The translations under genes were made by a program, and so were the position numbers. Shown piece after piece: positions 52,518-64,000 of a DNA stretch of 64,000 bases (positions within the stretch are counted from its first letter, which is position 1; every line of letters begins with the position of its first letter). The notes beneath the pieces were generated by a model. That model did no database searches, was not told the origin of the DNA, and was given only the letters and a program-made list of their open reading frames with translations. This DNA is from Octopus vulgaris (lineage: Eukaryota): assembly GCA_951406725.2 (NCBI GenBank), contig OX597818.1, positions 45,012,001 to 45,076,000 on the forward strand, written 5' to 3'.

Positions 52518-52843
52518 TTAATAATAATAATAATAATAATAATGATGATGATGATAATGATAATAATAGTAATAATAGTAATGATGATGATGATAATGAT
52601 AATAATAGTAATAATAATAATAGTAGAAATAATAATAATAATGATGATGGTGATAATAATGATAGTAATAATAATAATAGTAATAATAATGATGATGATT
52701 ATAACGATAGTAATAATAATAATAATGATGATGATAATAATGATAGTAATAATAATAATAGTAATAATGATAATAATAATAATAGTAATAATAATAATAG
52801 TAATAATAATGATAATAATATGATAATGATAGTAATAATAATA

Positions 52844-52906
<63 letters not shown>

Positions 52907-53073
52907 TGATAATAATAATAATAATAGTTATAATAATGGTAATAATAGTAATGATAGTAATAATAATAATAGTAATAATAATAATAATGATAATAATAAT
53001 AATAATGATAATAATAATAATAGTAATAATAGTAATAATAATAATAATAGTAATAATAGTAATAATAATAATA

Positions 53074-53113
<40 letters not shown>

Positions 53114-53472
53114 TGATGATGATGATGATGATGATGATAACAAGAGCACTCAGAGAGGGCAAACCTCCACCGTTCTCTCAATGATTACCCAGAGATTATT
53201 TTTAAAATGAGAATATTTTAAATAAACTTGACTGCTCTCACAAAAGAGAATATTAAAAATGAACCCAACCACTCTCAAAGATTAAGCAAAAAAAAACAGG
53301 AAAAATAATCCAGAATCCTTGTCCGGTACCGGACTGATCCCAAAATCTAATCAGTTCGTGCAAGTCATGAGACCAAATATGTCTGAAAGTTTCATCGAAA
53401 TCCATCCAGCAACAAACAAACACGACTGAAAACAATACCTCCATCTTAGCAAAGGCAGAGATAATAATAATG

Positions 53473-53512
<40 letters not shown>

Positions 53513-53520
53513 TAATAATG

Positions 53521-53554
<34 letters not shown>

Positions 53555-53787
53555 TAATAATAATAGTAATAATATCATTAAACCTTTCTACTATAGGCAC
53601 AAAGCATGAAATTTTGTGGAAGGGGTCTAGTCAGTTACACCAATCACTGGTATTTAATTTATTGATCCCGAAAGGAAAAAAGACAAAGTCAACCTCAGTG
53701 GAATTTGAACTCAGTATGTAAAACAAAGGGAATGCTGTGAAGTAGTTTGCCCAACATGCTAATGATTCAGCCAGAATAATAACAATG

Positions 53788-53860
<73 letters not shown>

Positions 53861-53900
53861 TAATGATAATAATAATAATAATAATAATAACAATAACAAT
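52518..53900. repeat. Very long compound (AAT/GAT/AGT)n microsatellite field with nested insertions
   Basis: ~620-bp tract 52518-53140; further tracts 53461-53572, 53776-53900, 54457-54580. Confidence 0.95.
53141..53462 (-). mobile_element. Helentron-associated (HINE/DINE-1-like) non-autonomous element
   Basis: Minus strand: tctctgcc..ggaggta sub-terminal hairpin, (GTTT)n, gatgaaactt motif, repeated ggaggt and terminal ctctctgagtgctcttg; T-rich target. Confidence 0.6.
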
Positions 53901-54456
53901 TGCCCTGATGCAATACCAGGCAGTGGCTCTTGTGGCTTCTGATCTTAACTGATTGGAAGTGTTATCACATACGTTGTTTTGTCTTGGTATAAAAGATGGG
54001 CTACAGCAAATATTCTGCTCAAAACCACAGATTTGCTTGACAGTTGTTTGACCATAACCAGTTGAGCTGGTCCCTTAGTGGCTGACGATATGTGCATCTC
54101 TGATCACAAGCAGAAGTAGTGGGGGAGCATCATAGCCATGTGTTGAAAGGAATTCTTTGGGATTTGAATAATTCACCTCTGGAAACATGGGTGTTTCGTT
54201 CAACATCCTTAAACAACCCTTATTCAGGGACCTTTTGAGCGGGATGGGCTACTCGACCTGCAGAAAATTATAACTGGACCCCCACCTGCTAGGTCATGCC
54301 CTGTTTATCTTGATATGAGATCACCATGTCGCGCACATATGGTTGTGATGCATGTGCCTGGTGTACCCTTATCAGACGGGTAGTCATGATGGGTATACTG
54401 GACTTCGTATATTTTACCCCAGTGTCACTTTGATGGCATGCACTGCTCTCTCATTC
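53901..54456. mobile_element. 556-bp non-coding insertion precisely within (AAT)n; candidate microsatellite-targeting retroelement fragment
   Basis: Complex, GC-richer sequence flanked directly by AAT repeats on both sides. Confidence 0.55.
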
Positions 54457-54514
<58 letters not shown>

Positions 54515-54839
54515 TTGATGGTGATGTTGAGGATGATGACGATGATGACGATGACGATAATGATGATGATGATGATGATGATTTTGCATAGAGCTTATAC
54601 TATAAAGATACTTTCCCTTCCTCTGCTGCCAAGTGGAAAGCACAATGGGTTTTTTTTTGTACTTTTCAATAGTGACACTATTCGTACTCTCCTTCCCTGG
54701 TGCTACTTGAGCAGGATATAAAATTTCTAAAAGCACCCTGCTCTAAATGTCAGAATTCATCTCTGCTGAGCATACACGAATGAATTTTATTAAATCTATT
54801 ACCTTTATTTATTTATTCACTTATTTATTCATTTATCTG

Positions 54840-55140
54840 TGGCACCTAAAAAGCACCATCCGTACGTGGCTGATGCCAGTGCCACCTTGACTGGCTTCCG
54901 TGTCGATGGCATGTAAAAACCACCAACTGATTGTGGCCATTGACAGCCTCCCCTGGCACCTGTGCTGGTGGCACGTAAAAAGCACCCACTACACTCACGA
55001 AGTGGTTGGCGTTAGGAAGGGCATCTAGCTGTAGAAACACTGCCAGATCAGACTGGAGCCTGGAGCAGCCTCCTGGCTTCCCAGACCCCAGTCGAACCGT
55101 CCAACCCATGTTAGTATGAAAAGTGGATGCTAAACGATAA
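54840..55140 (+). mobile_element. Family C copy
   Basis: Consensus match. Confidence 0.85.
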
Positions 55141-55329
55141 TAATAATTTATTTTATTCATTTATTCATCTATTTACTAATGATACAGATTTTCCTAGGAT
55201 TTACTGTTTTTTTGTTTTTCTCATCTGATTATTTAGACACAGCACACTCCACAGTATTCCTTCTGCCCGTTTCTTTACATGAAAAAGCACACATATTCAT
55301 AAAAGGTGGGTTACTTGTGTTTCTTAATA

Positions 55330-55927
55330 ATGCAGGTGTGGCTGTTGTTTGGCTAATAAGCTTGTTTTGAAACCATATGGCTTTGGGTTCAATTCCACTA
55401 TGCATCACCTTAGGCAGGTGTCTTCTACTATAGCCTCAAGTTGACCAATGCCTTGTGAATGAATTTGGTGATTGGAAACTACATAGAAGCCCTTCATATG
55501 TATATGTGTGTATGTGTGCATCTTTGTCTTTGTTCTCCTTCACTGCTCGACAACCACTGTTGGTTTGTTTACATCCCTGTAGCTTAGTGGTTTGGCAAAA
55601 ACCAATTGATAAAATAAGTACAGGGCTCCAACAAAAAGTAAAAGATATGCACTGCAACTGTTTCTCGTCATGATGGGTTATGGATAGTTTTCCTTATTTC
55701 TTTACTGCCCACAAGGGGCTACACACAGAGGGGACAAACAAGAACAGACAAACAGATTCAGTTGATTATATCGACCCCAGTGCTTAACTGGTACATATTT
55801 AATCGACCCTGAAAGGATGAAAGGCAAAATTGACCTCAGCAGAATTTGAACTCAGAACATAAAGACAGACAAAATACCACTAAGCATTTCACACCATGTA
55901 ATAACGTTTCTGCCAGCTAGCTGCCTT
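55330..55927. mobile_element. Old SINE A (55330-55640 +) and SINE B (55693-55927 -)
   Basis: Consensus motifs. Confidence 0.8.
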
Positions 55928-57315
55928 ACAGATGTGATAATAATGTCTAATTTCTGCTGCAGAATTAATTACTAATTTTGCCTTTATTACATGAGGCTTC
56001 TATTTTTCTCAGGATTCTTTTAATTACACTCAAATTTGCAAAGAAGACCTCCTTCTGTCAGGGCTATGTTAGTACCATCATAAACTCCTTAGCAAATTAA
56101 TGCACTGGGCCATATATTTATTTATTTATTGACAGAAAACCACAGCATATATTAATTAGAATTGAACCCCTAGAACTTGTAAAGCCCCATGACAAGTGCC
56201 CAGTGTATCCATGCCTTAAGAATACACTTCCTACCACCACTGAAGAGAAATGAGCTGAAATATATGTCAAATGTGGAAAGTCTATTTACAAAATACACCC
56301 ATGTGAAAAGAAATTGAGATACCAGTTTGGCATCAAAAGTATTGACAGATTTAAGCAAGAAAAGTACTTATTGTGACATGTTCAATTAATGTACCAGACA
56401 AAGGATGGTAAATGGAAAGATGTGTGTGATATGATGGAAATGGCTAGACAGTATGGAATAGCAAGAGTAGAACACTACATGATAAGAATCATCAGATTTG
56501 TCCATTTTTCGCAGCAACTAAAGTTATCGACAGCCAACAGATCTTCCTGTATTTGCCATACACCATAGAAAGATCTTAAAAAAAAGTAGTGTCACAGATC
56601 TAGGATGACAGGGCCTCCTTGAAAAGTTGATACAAAATGCATTGAAAAGCCATCCGATTCATGGCATGGTAGCTCTGTGGGTATTGCATGCATGATAGCA
56701 AGACTGGTTCCAAGTTCTGGATTGGGCAGCATACTTTGTTCTTGAGTGAAACACTTTATTTCATATTGCTCTATTCCACTCCACTGTATATGAGAAATCC
56801 TACAAAGAACTGGTGTTCCATTCTGGGAGAATGTTGTAATCTTGGCCACTTATATGCCATGGAAACCAGGACACCAGCCCTATGGGTCCATTGACTCAAG
56901 ACAGTAACGTCCAAGGGTTGATAATGATGATGAGGATAGTAAAAATGTCGTTAAACTGACAATGTTGATGATAGTAAAGATAATGACGATGTCAATTACT
57001 ATGAAGTAACTGGTTCATGATTTTCAGCTTCATAAACTGAGGCAAGAAGATTAGTATAGCAATGTAACTAAACTAGCTATATTCAAGTTAAATCATTCTC
57101 AAATTCTCTCCATTGAGTGTATAGGAAGTGACCCACACCTACTTCCTCTGCTCTCTCCTCCAAATGATATTCTCACTCAACGACGACTCCATCATGTTCA
57201 CTCACAGCATTTCCCTTATCCCCATCGCCCCTATTGGTCTGGCACCCTCCGTTCTATTTCCATAAACTTGTTTATTAAGTATTGTTGCAATATTATTACC
57301 AGTCCGAATATGCTT

Positions 57316-57531
57316 GATGCATGTTCGAACTGGGAAACAAGCTACTCACTGAATTTTGTCATTCAGAATATATCTTGCTTGTTGACAAATGGTGTATATA
57401 CACCTAGCTTGTTCCCCAGTTTGAAATTGCATCATGTATGATCTAGGTGTATACACACCATTTGTCAACAAGTGAGGTATATTCTTCATGACAAAACGCA
57501 GTGAGTAGCTTGTTCCCAAGTTCAAACATGC
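57316..57531. repeat. Inverted repeat with ~89-bp arms and a templated central patch
   Basis: 57319-57407 vs 57443-57531; spacer is an inverted copy of 57316-57343. Confidence 0.8.
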
Positions 57532-57699
57532 GATTTTACTTATCACTGCCTAGCACTCCTTCTCCACATGTTTTATATCCATCTTCTTATAACTTAAGGA
57601 TGAACCTTGACACATCTTCATCACTATCTCCTTTTTTTACAAATGGAGTAATAGCATAGGTTGGAAAACCAGAAGACATGTGACCAGAACCTCCTGGAA

Positions 57700-58110
57700 A
57701 GAAACCATAGCAAGGGTTATTCCACTGTTGAATCAGAACAGCCAAGAAAAGAGGTAGGTGTGAAGAAACCAAAGATTAAGTGGCCGAAGGCAAATGATGC
57801 TGCAAGCTAAGAAATTCAACGACAAGGTAGCAAGAATGACCACCAAATTCAAAGGGGTAGCAGGATGGTCATTCACCCACTAGCATTCATTGACGCTGCA
57901 TCAAAGAAACAAAAAAACAAAAGAAAAAGGGAGAAAGCAAAAACGCACTGGTCATCAGGGCTGAAGACACCCCCGAAAGAGAGGGCTCTGCCACGTCGTA
58001 AATGGTAGAGTAGTAGGAGCCAAAACCGGACGTGGTTCCTCCTGATGATGTCTTTAGCCACTGGAGCTGTTGAGGTAGTGAACCACGAAATGTGGTTGGA
58101 GTTCCTGCTG
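57700..58110 (+). mobile_element. Internally deleted non-LTR element relic, possibly RLE/Hero-like
   Basis: KKPKIKWPKANDAA peptide (57762-57803) joined to a segment homologous to 36440-36670. Confidence 0.45.
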
Positions 58111-58820
58111 TGCAGTAAAACACTTGTTATTGACCCTCTGTCATGCATTTAACTTTCATCACCTCACATGAAGCTACCTCAGTGAATACTGTTCTCAACT
58201 CAGTTGCAGAGGGTCTTGTCTTGTGAGTTTCTTGGTGACCACACTAATGCCAGTGCCATGTAAAAAAGCATCCAGTACACTCTGTGAAGTGGTTGGCATT
58301 AGGAAGGGCATCCAGCTGTAGAAATCACACCAAAGCAGACATTGGTGCTTGATGCAGTTCTCTGGGTCACCAAGCTCCTGTCAAACCCTCTAACTCATGC
58401 AAGCAAGTAGAAAAGGCATTAGATAATGATGATGGTGGTGGTGGTGATGACAACGACGACGATGATGATGACGTGAAATTGCTGTTTTGATGACCCAATA
58501 TTACCAAAATTAGTGATTTTTAAATATAATGGGGGAACAATGTTAAGGCAAGATTTATTAAATTACCAATTTCTTAGAAACCTATCATGCAAATATATCT
58601 TTTCTTCTCTGGTAAATAATATCTACCTTTGAATAAGCAAAGGCAGCATTATGCCTCCCGCACATCTATCAAGTTGTTATGGTCTCTGTGAGTCTAAATT
58701 TATCTCTAGTGTTATAAATATTAGATACTTCTTGTTTTGATCTTATCCCTCCATACATACATACACGTGTGTATGTATGTATATATGTATATACGTATGT
58801 ATGTATACAAACTCACACAT

Positions 58821-58875
<55 letters not shown>

Positions 58876-59091
58876 CAACATACATGCTTAGCCTGCTGAA
58901 TAGGATAATATGGGTTCCATGGAAAATTGCCAGAACAGAACATTAGTATATTAGCCTAAAGGTAAATATTAATATAATATTCTGATGGTGCATTATCTTT
59001 TAAGCATATTTAGGTAGTCATGTTTGTACATTGGTTGATATGTTTGTATGCATGTATAGCATTATTGACATATATATATATATATATAGTG

Positions 59092-59123
<32 letters not shown>

Positions 59124-59835
59124 GTATTAATATATAATGATGTATTTTTGTAAATAAACATACATCTGTATCAATTAAATATATATATACATACATTTCA
59201 ACACACAGCATAAGCAAGTGCATATGTGCATGCACACACACACACACATACATACACATACTCATGCATATTCATATGCATTTGCACATGCATACATAAT
59301 GATTTGCATTCATTTTACTTTGAGGGAGACAATGGGACGGGTTTCTGTAAGTCTGTGCATTTGCAAATTGTTGCATAAAGTTATATACAGAGCCAATAAG
59401 TTCAGCCAGTGCATTGATATATTGGTACTTCAGCCTGGGACCTGGAGAGTCAAGATAGGGGACCCATGACTGTCTGCTAGCCCACTACTTCCCCACCCAA
59501 CAAAATATCAACTCACAGCTCCCTAGAATTTTGTGAAGATCCCCTAAGTATTCCCTCTCTGGGGCCCAAAAGCATTCTTGTCCCATATTTCTTTGAGGCC
59601 CCGGTTATATAAGTAAAAGAAAAGTTTTAAAAACTTTTCTTTTAATTTTTCCAAAATTTAATTGTTTTCTACAGTTGAAAAAGTCTCAATGACTGAAATT
59701 GGTACTGAAATGTATTTTATAAAATTATTTTAGCATTTTCTACCTTGACTTTTTCCATATATATCAACTCGTGTGATCGTTTTCAACCTTCTACATATAT
59801 ATATATGTATATATATATGTATATATATGTATGTA

Positions 59836-59873
<38 letters not shown>

Positions 59874-59898
59874 CATACATACATACACACATACATAC

Positions 59899-59929
<31 letters not shown>

Positions 59930-60184
59930 CATACATACATACATGTATACATACATATGTATGTTATATATATGTGTTACCAAAATGCTAGTGCTGATTT
60001 TTCCATGCTTGTATGTATTAGATGGAATTTGTTAAAGCAGAATTTGTATGGCAGGATGCCCTTCCTGTCACCAACTCTCACATGTGTCCCAACAAAGATG
60101 ACATTGGCCAAACATATGTTTTCACAGAGGATTGGAAACAAACAACACAAAGACACATGCACACACATATATATATGTATTCTT

Positions 60185-60882
60185 TACTGGCACCTGTGCC
60201 GGTGGCATGTGTAAAAAGATTTGAGCGAGGTCATTGCCAGTATTGCCTGACTGGCCCCCATGCCGGTGGCACATAAAAAGCACCCACTACACTCTCGGAG
60301 TGGTTGGTGTTAGGAAGGGTATCCAGCTGTAGAAACTCTGCCAGATCAAGATTGGGGCCTGGTGCAGCCATCTGGTTCACCAGCCCTCAGTCAAAATCGT
60401 CCAACCCATGCTAGCATGGAAAGCGGACGTTAAACGATGATGATGATGGGCATGTAAAAAGCACCTTTCAAACATTGGGCCTCACAGAGGCAATGCAGCT
60501 GATGTCAGTGTTGTGTAAATAGTACGTGTACCAGTGGGATATAAGAAGCACCTTTCAAGCATTAGACCTCACAGAGGTAAAGACAAATGACCAAGACCAT
60601 TGGCAATATGTTGTGCTTGAGTAGAAGACCTATCAAATCAAGTGAAATCAAAACCAAGGCAGATACTGGTGTCATACAACTGGTACCCGTGCTGGTGGCA
60701 CATAAAAATGCCCATTACACTCTTAGAGAGGCTGGTGTTAGGAAGGGCATCCAGCCGTAGAAACCATGCCAAATCAGACTGGAGTCTGATGCAGGCCCTC
60801 AACTTACTAGCCCTGGTCAAACTGTCCAACTGATGCCAACATGTACAAAGGATATTAAATGGTGGTGGTGATGATAATGGTA

Positions 60883-60919
<37 letters not shown>

Positions 60920-60950
60920 GGAGGAGGAGGAGGAGGAGGAGGAGGAGGAA
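60185..60950 (+). mobile_element. Two tandem family C / RTE 3' UTR copies with (GAT)n/(GAG)n tails
   Basis: Consensus match. Confidence 0.8.
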
Positions 60951-61487
60951 TAACTGAAAGGCTCATATTTCCAGTACTTCCACATCCACGTTTCTGATTA
61001 TTCAGTTAGTTATATAATCTTGTTTCCCTCTTGAACTCTATGTTGTTTGACTATATTTTGAAATATTATACAAAAATTACGAAGAAACTGCATATCTTTA
61101 TATTTCTTCAAAACTTTATGTGAGTGACATGTGTTTCAAACGCCTTTTTCATTTCATTCCTGGCTCTTGTGAGAATATACCAAATGTCTTAAACTTCACA
61201 TAAGCAAGGCCACTCTGAGAACTAGCCTCATAAAATTGTGTTAAAAAATATTTTTTTTTAAATATCTTTAATGTACAAATGCATGCACAGGCATGTATTT
61301 TAGAGAGTGTTTGTGTATTGACATTTTATATACACATATCAGTCCAATGACGGATTAGCTTGCTGCAGTTTCAAAGTCACTATCAAAACTACGTTTAGTG
61401 AAGAATAATAAATTTGACTCAACCAAAAGTATTGCAAAATCCTTCAGTTTAATGTAAAATTTCTTTTATTACAACACAAAAACAAAC

Positions 61488-61525
<38 letters not shown>

Positions 61526-61840
61526 GGTGTATATTCTGGGTATGCTAGGTATGCACTGCACACCTATCAAAAATGTCAAATTCATTATAAATATTAACCT
61601 TACTCATTAATTTAATCACAAATCTTAATGGAAAACTTTTGTTATACCCCTGCTTGAAATTTGATGCACACCCAATACATCCACCACTATACAACACTGG
61701 TGTTTATATATATATATAGGTATGTAAAAAGCACTATCCAAATCGTGGCCGACGCCAGCGCCGCCCATGCCCTGCTTGAAATTTGGTGGCATTGGGTGTG
61801 ACAGCACACCCAATACACCTACCACTATAGAACACTGGTA

Positions 61841-61874
<34 letters not shown>

Positions 61875-61876
61875 CA

Positions 61877-62258
61877 CGAGCAAAAAGCCCCTACCCCCAC
61901 CCCGTCCAATGGACGGTGCTGAGTTGTCAAACATTTAAACCAAATTTTCTCAAAACAACTTGTCTGACCGTCTCATAGGCCTCCCCTTTGAGAAACACTG
62001 ATTTAACCTAAATTTGAGACACCAGCAAAAGAAGAAATAAAAATAGACATTTTTACTATACCAGGGAAATACGATTTCCCATGGCTTTATCGATTGCATT
62101 CTCACCTGGAGTTGATTTTTGTAATTTTTTTTCAAGACTTAACACGCCCTTATACCGTCAGTATCTACAAATCAAATTTGAGCACAATCGGATGGAGGAT
62201 GCCTGAGATCCTAGAACCCACACACAGACAGACAGACAGAACGATTTTATATAAGAGA
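61877..62258 (-). mobile_element. Non-autonomous Helitron
   Basis: Minus strand a|TCTCTTATATAAAA ... gCTCG|t; homologous to 1240-1575. Confidence 0.7.
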
Positions 62259-62287
62259 TATATATATGTGTGTGTGTGTGTATATAT

Positions 62288-62674
62288 AATTTAGAGACAA
62301 ACCGCTATTTAGTTATTTAATCAATACTGAACAATATTATCTATAATATCCACAAAGAAAGTAATTAAATATATTATAATTATTATTCTCCAGGTTCCAG
62401 ACTGATGTGCCAATATATCAATGCACTGGCTGAACTTATGGGCTCTGTATATAACTTTATGCAACAATTTGCAAACGCACAAACTTACAAAAACATATCC
62501 CACTGACTCCCACAAAATAAAATGAATACAAAAATATTGCCGATATAATGTTTGATTTGTTTTGTGATTTTTAGAATAATAATTATAATATATTTAACTA
62601 CTTTCTATGACGTTATTATAGATAATATCGTTCAGTATTGATTGAATAACAAAACAGTGGTTTGTCTCTAAATT
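62288..62674. repeat. Inverted repeat with ~100-bp arms in TA-rich flanks; spacer homologous in reverse to 59303-59447
   Basis: aatttagagacaaacc..tattattct vs agaataata..ggtttgtctctaaatt. Confidence 0.8.
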
Positions 62675-63435
62675 CTTTCTATATATATAATCTATTGTGA
62701 ATTTTTGATTTAGTATGCTAAATTGAATTTTTTCCCCGTTGGCTTGCAATTATTATATTCTCTAAATATTAAATATACACAAACATATATATATATGTCT
62801 GTATATATGTGTATGTCTCTGTGTGTGTGTGTGTGTGTGTGTGTATTTTAAAATTACATTTTAAATTACATCTCCAGTGAGTTAAATTGAGGTCCCTTGA
62901 TAATAATGTTACCTTCTCTCAACTAAGCTATCTTCAGCCTGATGAGCTGCTTGTGAAGTATCCTTCATTGAATAATTATTACTTCCGAGGTTCTGCTAGA
63001 TAGGAAACACATGTAGCCTGGATTTTACCTGCTCCAGTCCCTCAATTTGGATTTTTATTCCCATTCATAGCAACCCTAGTTGCTTACCATGAATTATATA
63101 AAAAACTTATATCGGAAAAGTCTAAAGCATTCTATGCCAATAAACCATTGCTGTTCCTGGAAGTTGTTTATATATCTACTACAGACACCTCGAAGCTTAC
63201 TAACATTCTACACCTAGATCCTTAGATCATACAATCACATTTCATTTTATGTGTGTGTGTGTGCGCACGCGTGCATGTGCATGTGTGTATGTCTGTGTGT
63301 GTGTTTACACATGCACATACATATATACATATCATCATCATCATACTAACAATAAAGAAGTGCTATTGAACCAGTGCATGTGTTATTATTATTGGTGTAA
63401 TGACCCTCCCAAGACACAAGATATATGTACATGCT

Positions 63436-63468
<33 letters not shown>

Positions 63469-63487
63469 CAAACACATATGTGAGGAT

Positions 63488-64000
63488 GCATGGCCTAGTG
63501 GTTAGGGTGCTGTAGTGAGGTTGTGGTTTCAATTCTTAGACTAGGTGTTATATTTCTTTCTTGAGCAAGACACTTCATCTCACATTGCTCTGCAATCACT
63601 TTGACACCTGACACATGGTATACGATGCACCTGTTCCAGCAATGTCGTTTCGATGGAGAGAGTGAGCTAATGTACACCACATATATTTGATCACTACAGA
63701 CAAATCAGTCATGCAGGTCGTCCGGTAGAAGCTGAACAGTCATAAATCGTCTTTAATGGGACAGTCTATTAGATATATAAATAACCCGTGGCCTATGCCA
63801 GGAGCATAACCAGCCCGCTTATGCGTAGCTTTTCCTTCTTTGGTCATAAAACTTTGCTTGCGAAGACCTGTTGAGGCAAGTGAAATCAAATCAAAATCAA
63901 AATCACTTCGATGACTAGCATCCATGCTAGCAGGGTGCAAGAGCCCCATACAAGTGTGATCATTGACAGAGCCAGTGTCGCCTTACTGGCACTATGCCTG
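63488..64000 (+). mobile_element. tRNA-derived SINE (63488-63720), then an RTE 3' UTR-like fragment running off the window
   Basis: TGGCCTAGTGG A-box, ttcttgagcaagacac core; gaagacc..caagtgaaatc as at 25642 and 60624. Confidence 0.65.

Noticed and set aside
58035-58100. CTGATGA...GAAA as a hammerhead (also 36440-36515 minus)
   Set aside because: Stems I and II do not close against the core in either copy

Overview
AT-rich eukaryotic non-coding DNA, most likely an octopus (cephalopod) intron or intergenic region, judged from the recurring tRNA-derived SINE families and very dense (TA)n/(CA)n/(AAT)n/(GAT)n microsatellites. I find no supportable host protein-coding exon; nearly all ORFs in the track are microsatellite or repeat translations. 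The window is a transposon graveyard: three or more SINE families, RTE and CR1 LINE 3' fragments, a decayed Penelope-like (PLE) reverse transcriptase, a rosa/DD41D transposase relic, Helitron, piggyBac-type, mariner and pogo MITEs, and a 5' 18S rRNA pseudogene. The standout is a very young 1.27-kb non-coding insertion in a (TA)n tract (29055-30329). It has two head-to-head arms, each longer than its ~492-bp monomer and each carrying an apparently intact type I hammerhead ribozyme with a long stem II (retrozyme / non-autonomous PLE-like). Older, sequence-unrelated elements with the same inverted design and hammerhead relics recur at about 45.2 and 46 kb, with further candidates at 11, 19, 41, 57, 62 and 63 kb. 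All calls were made by eye; coordinates of decayed repeats are approximate.
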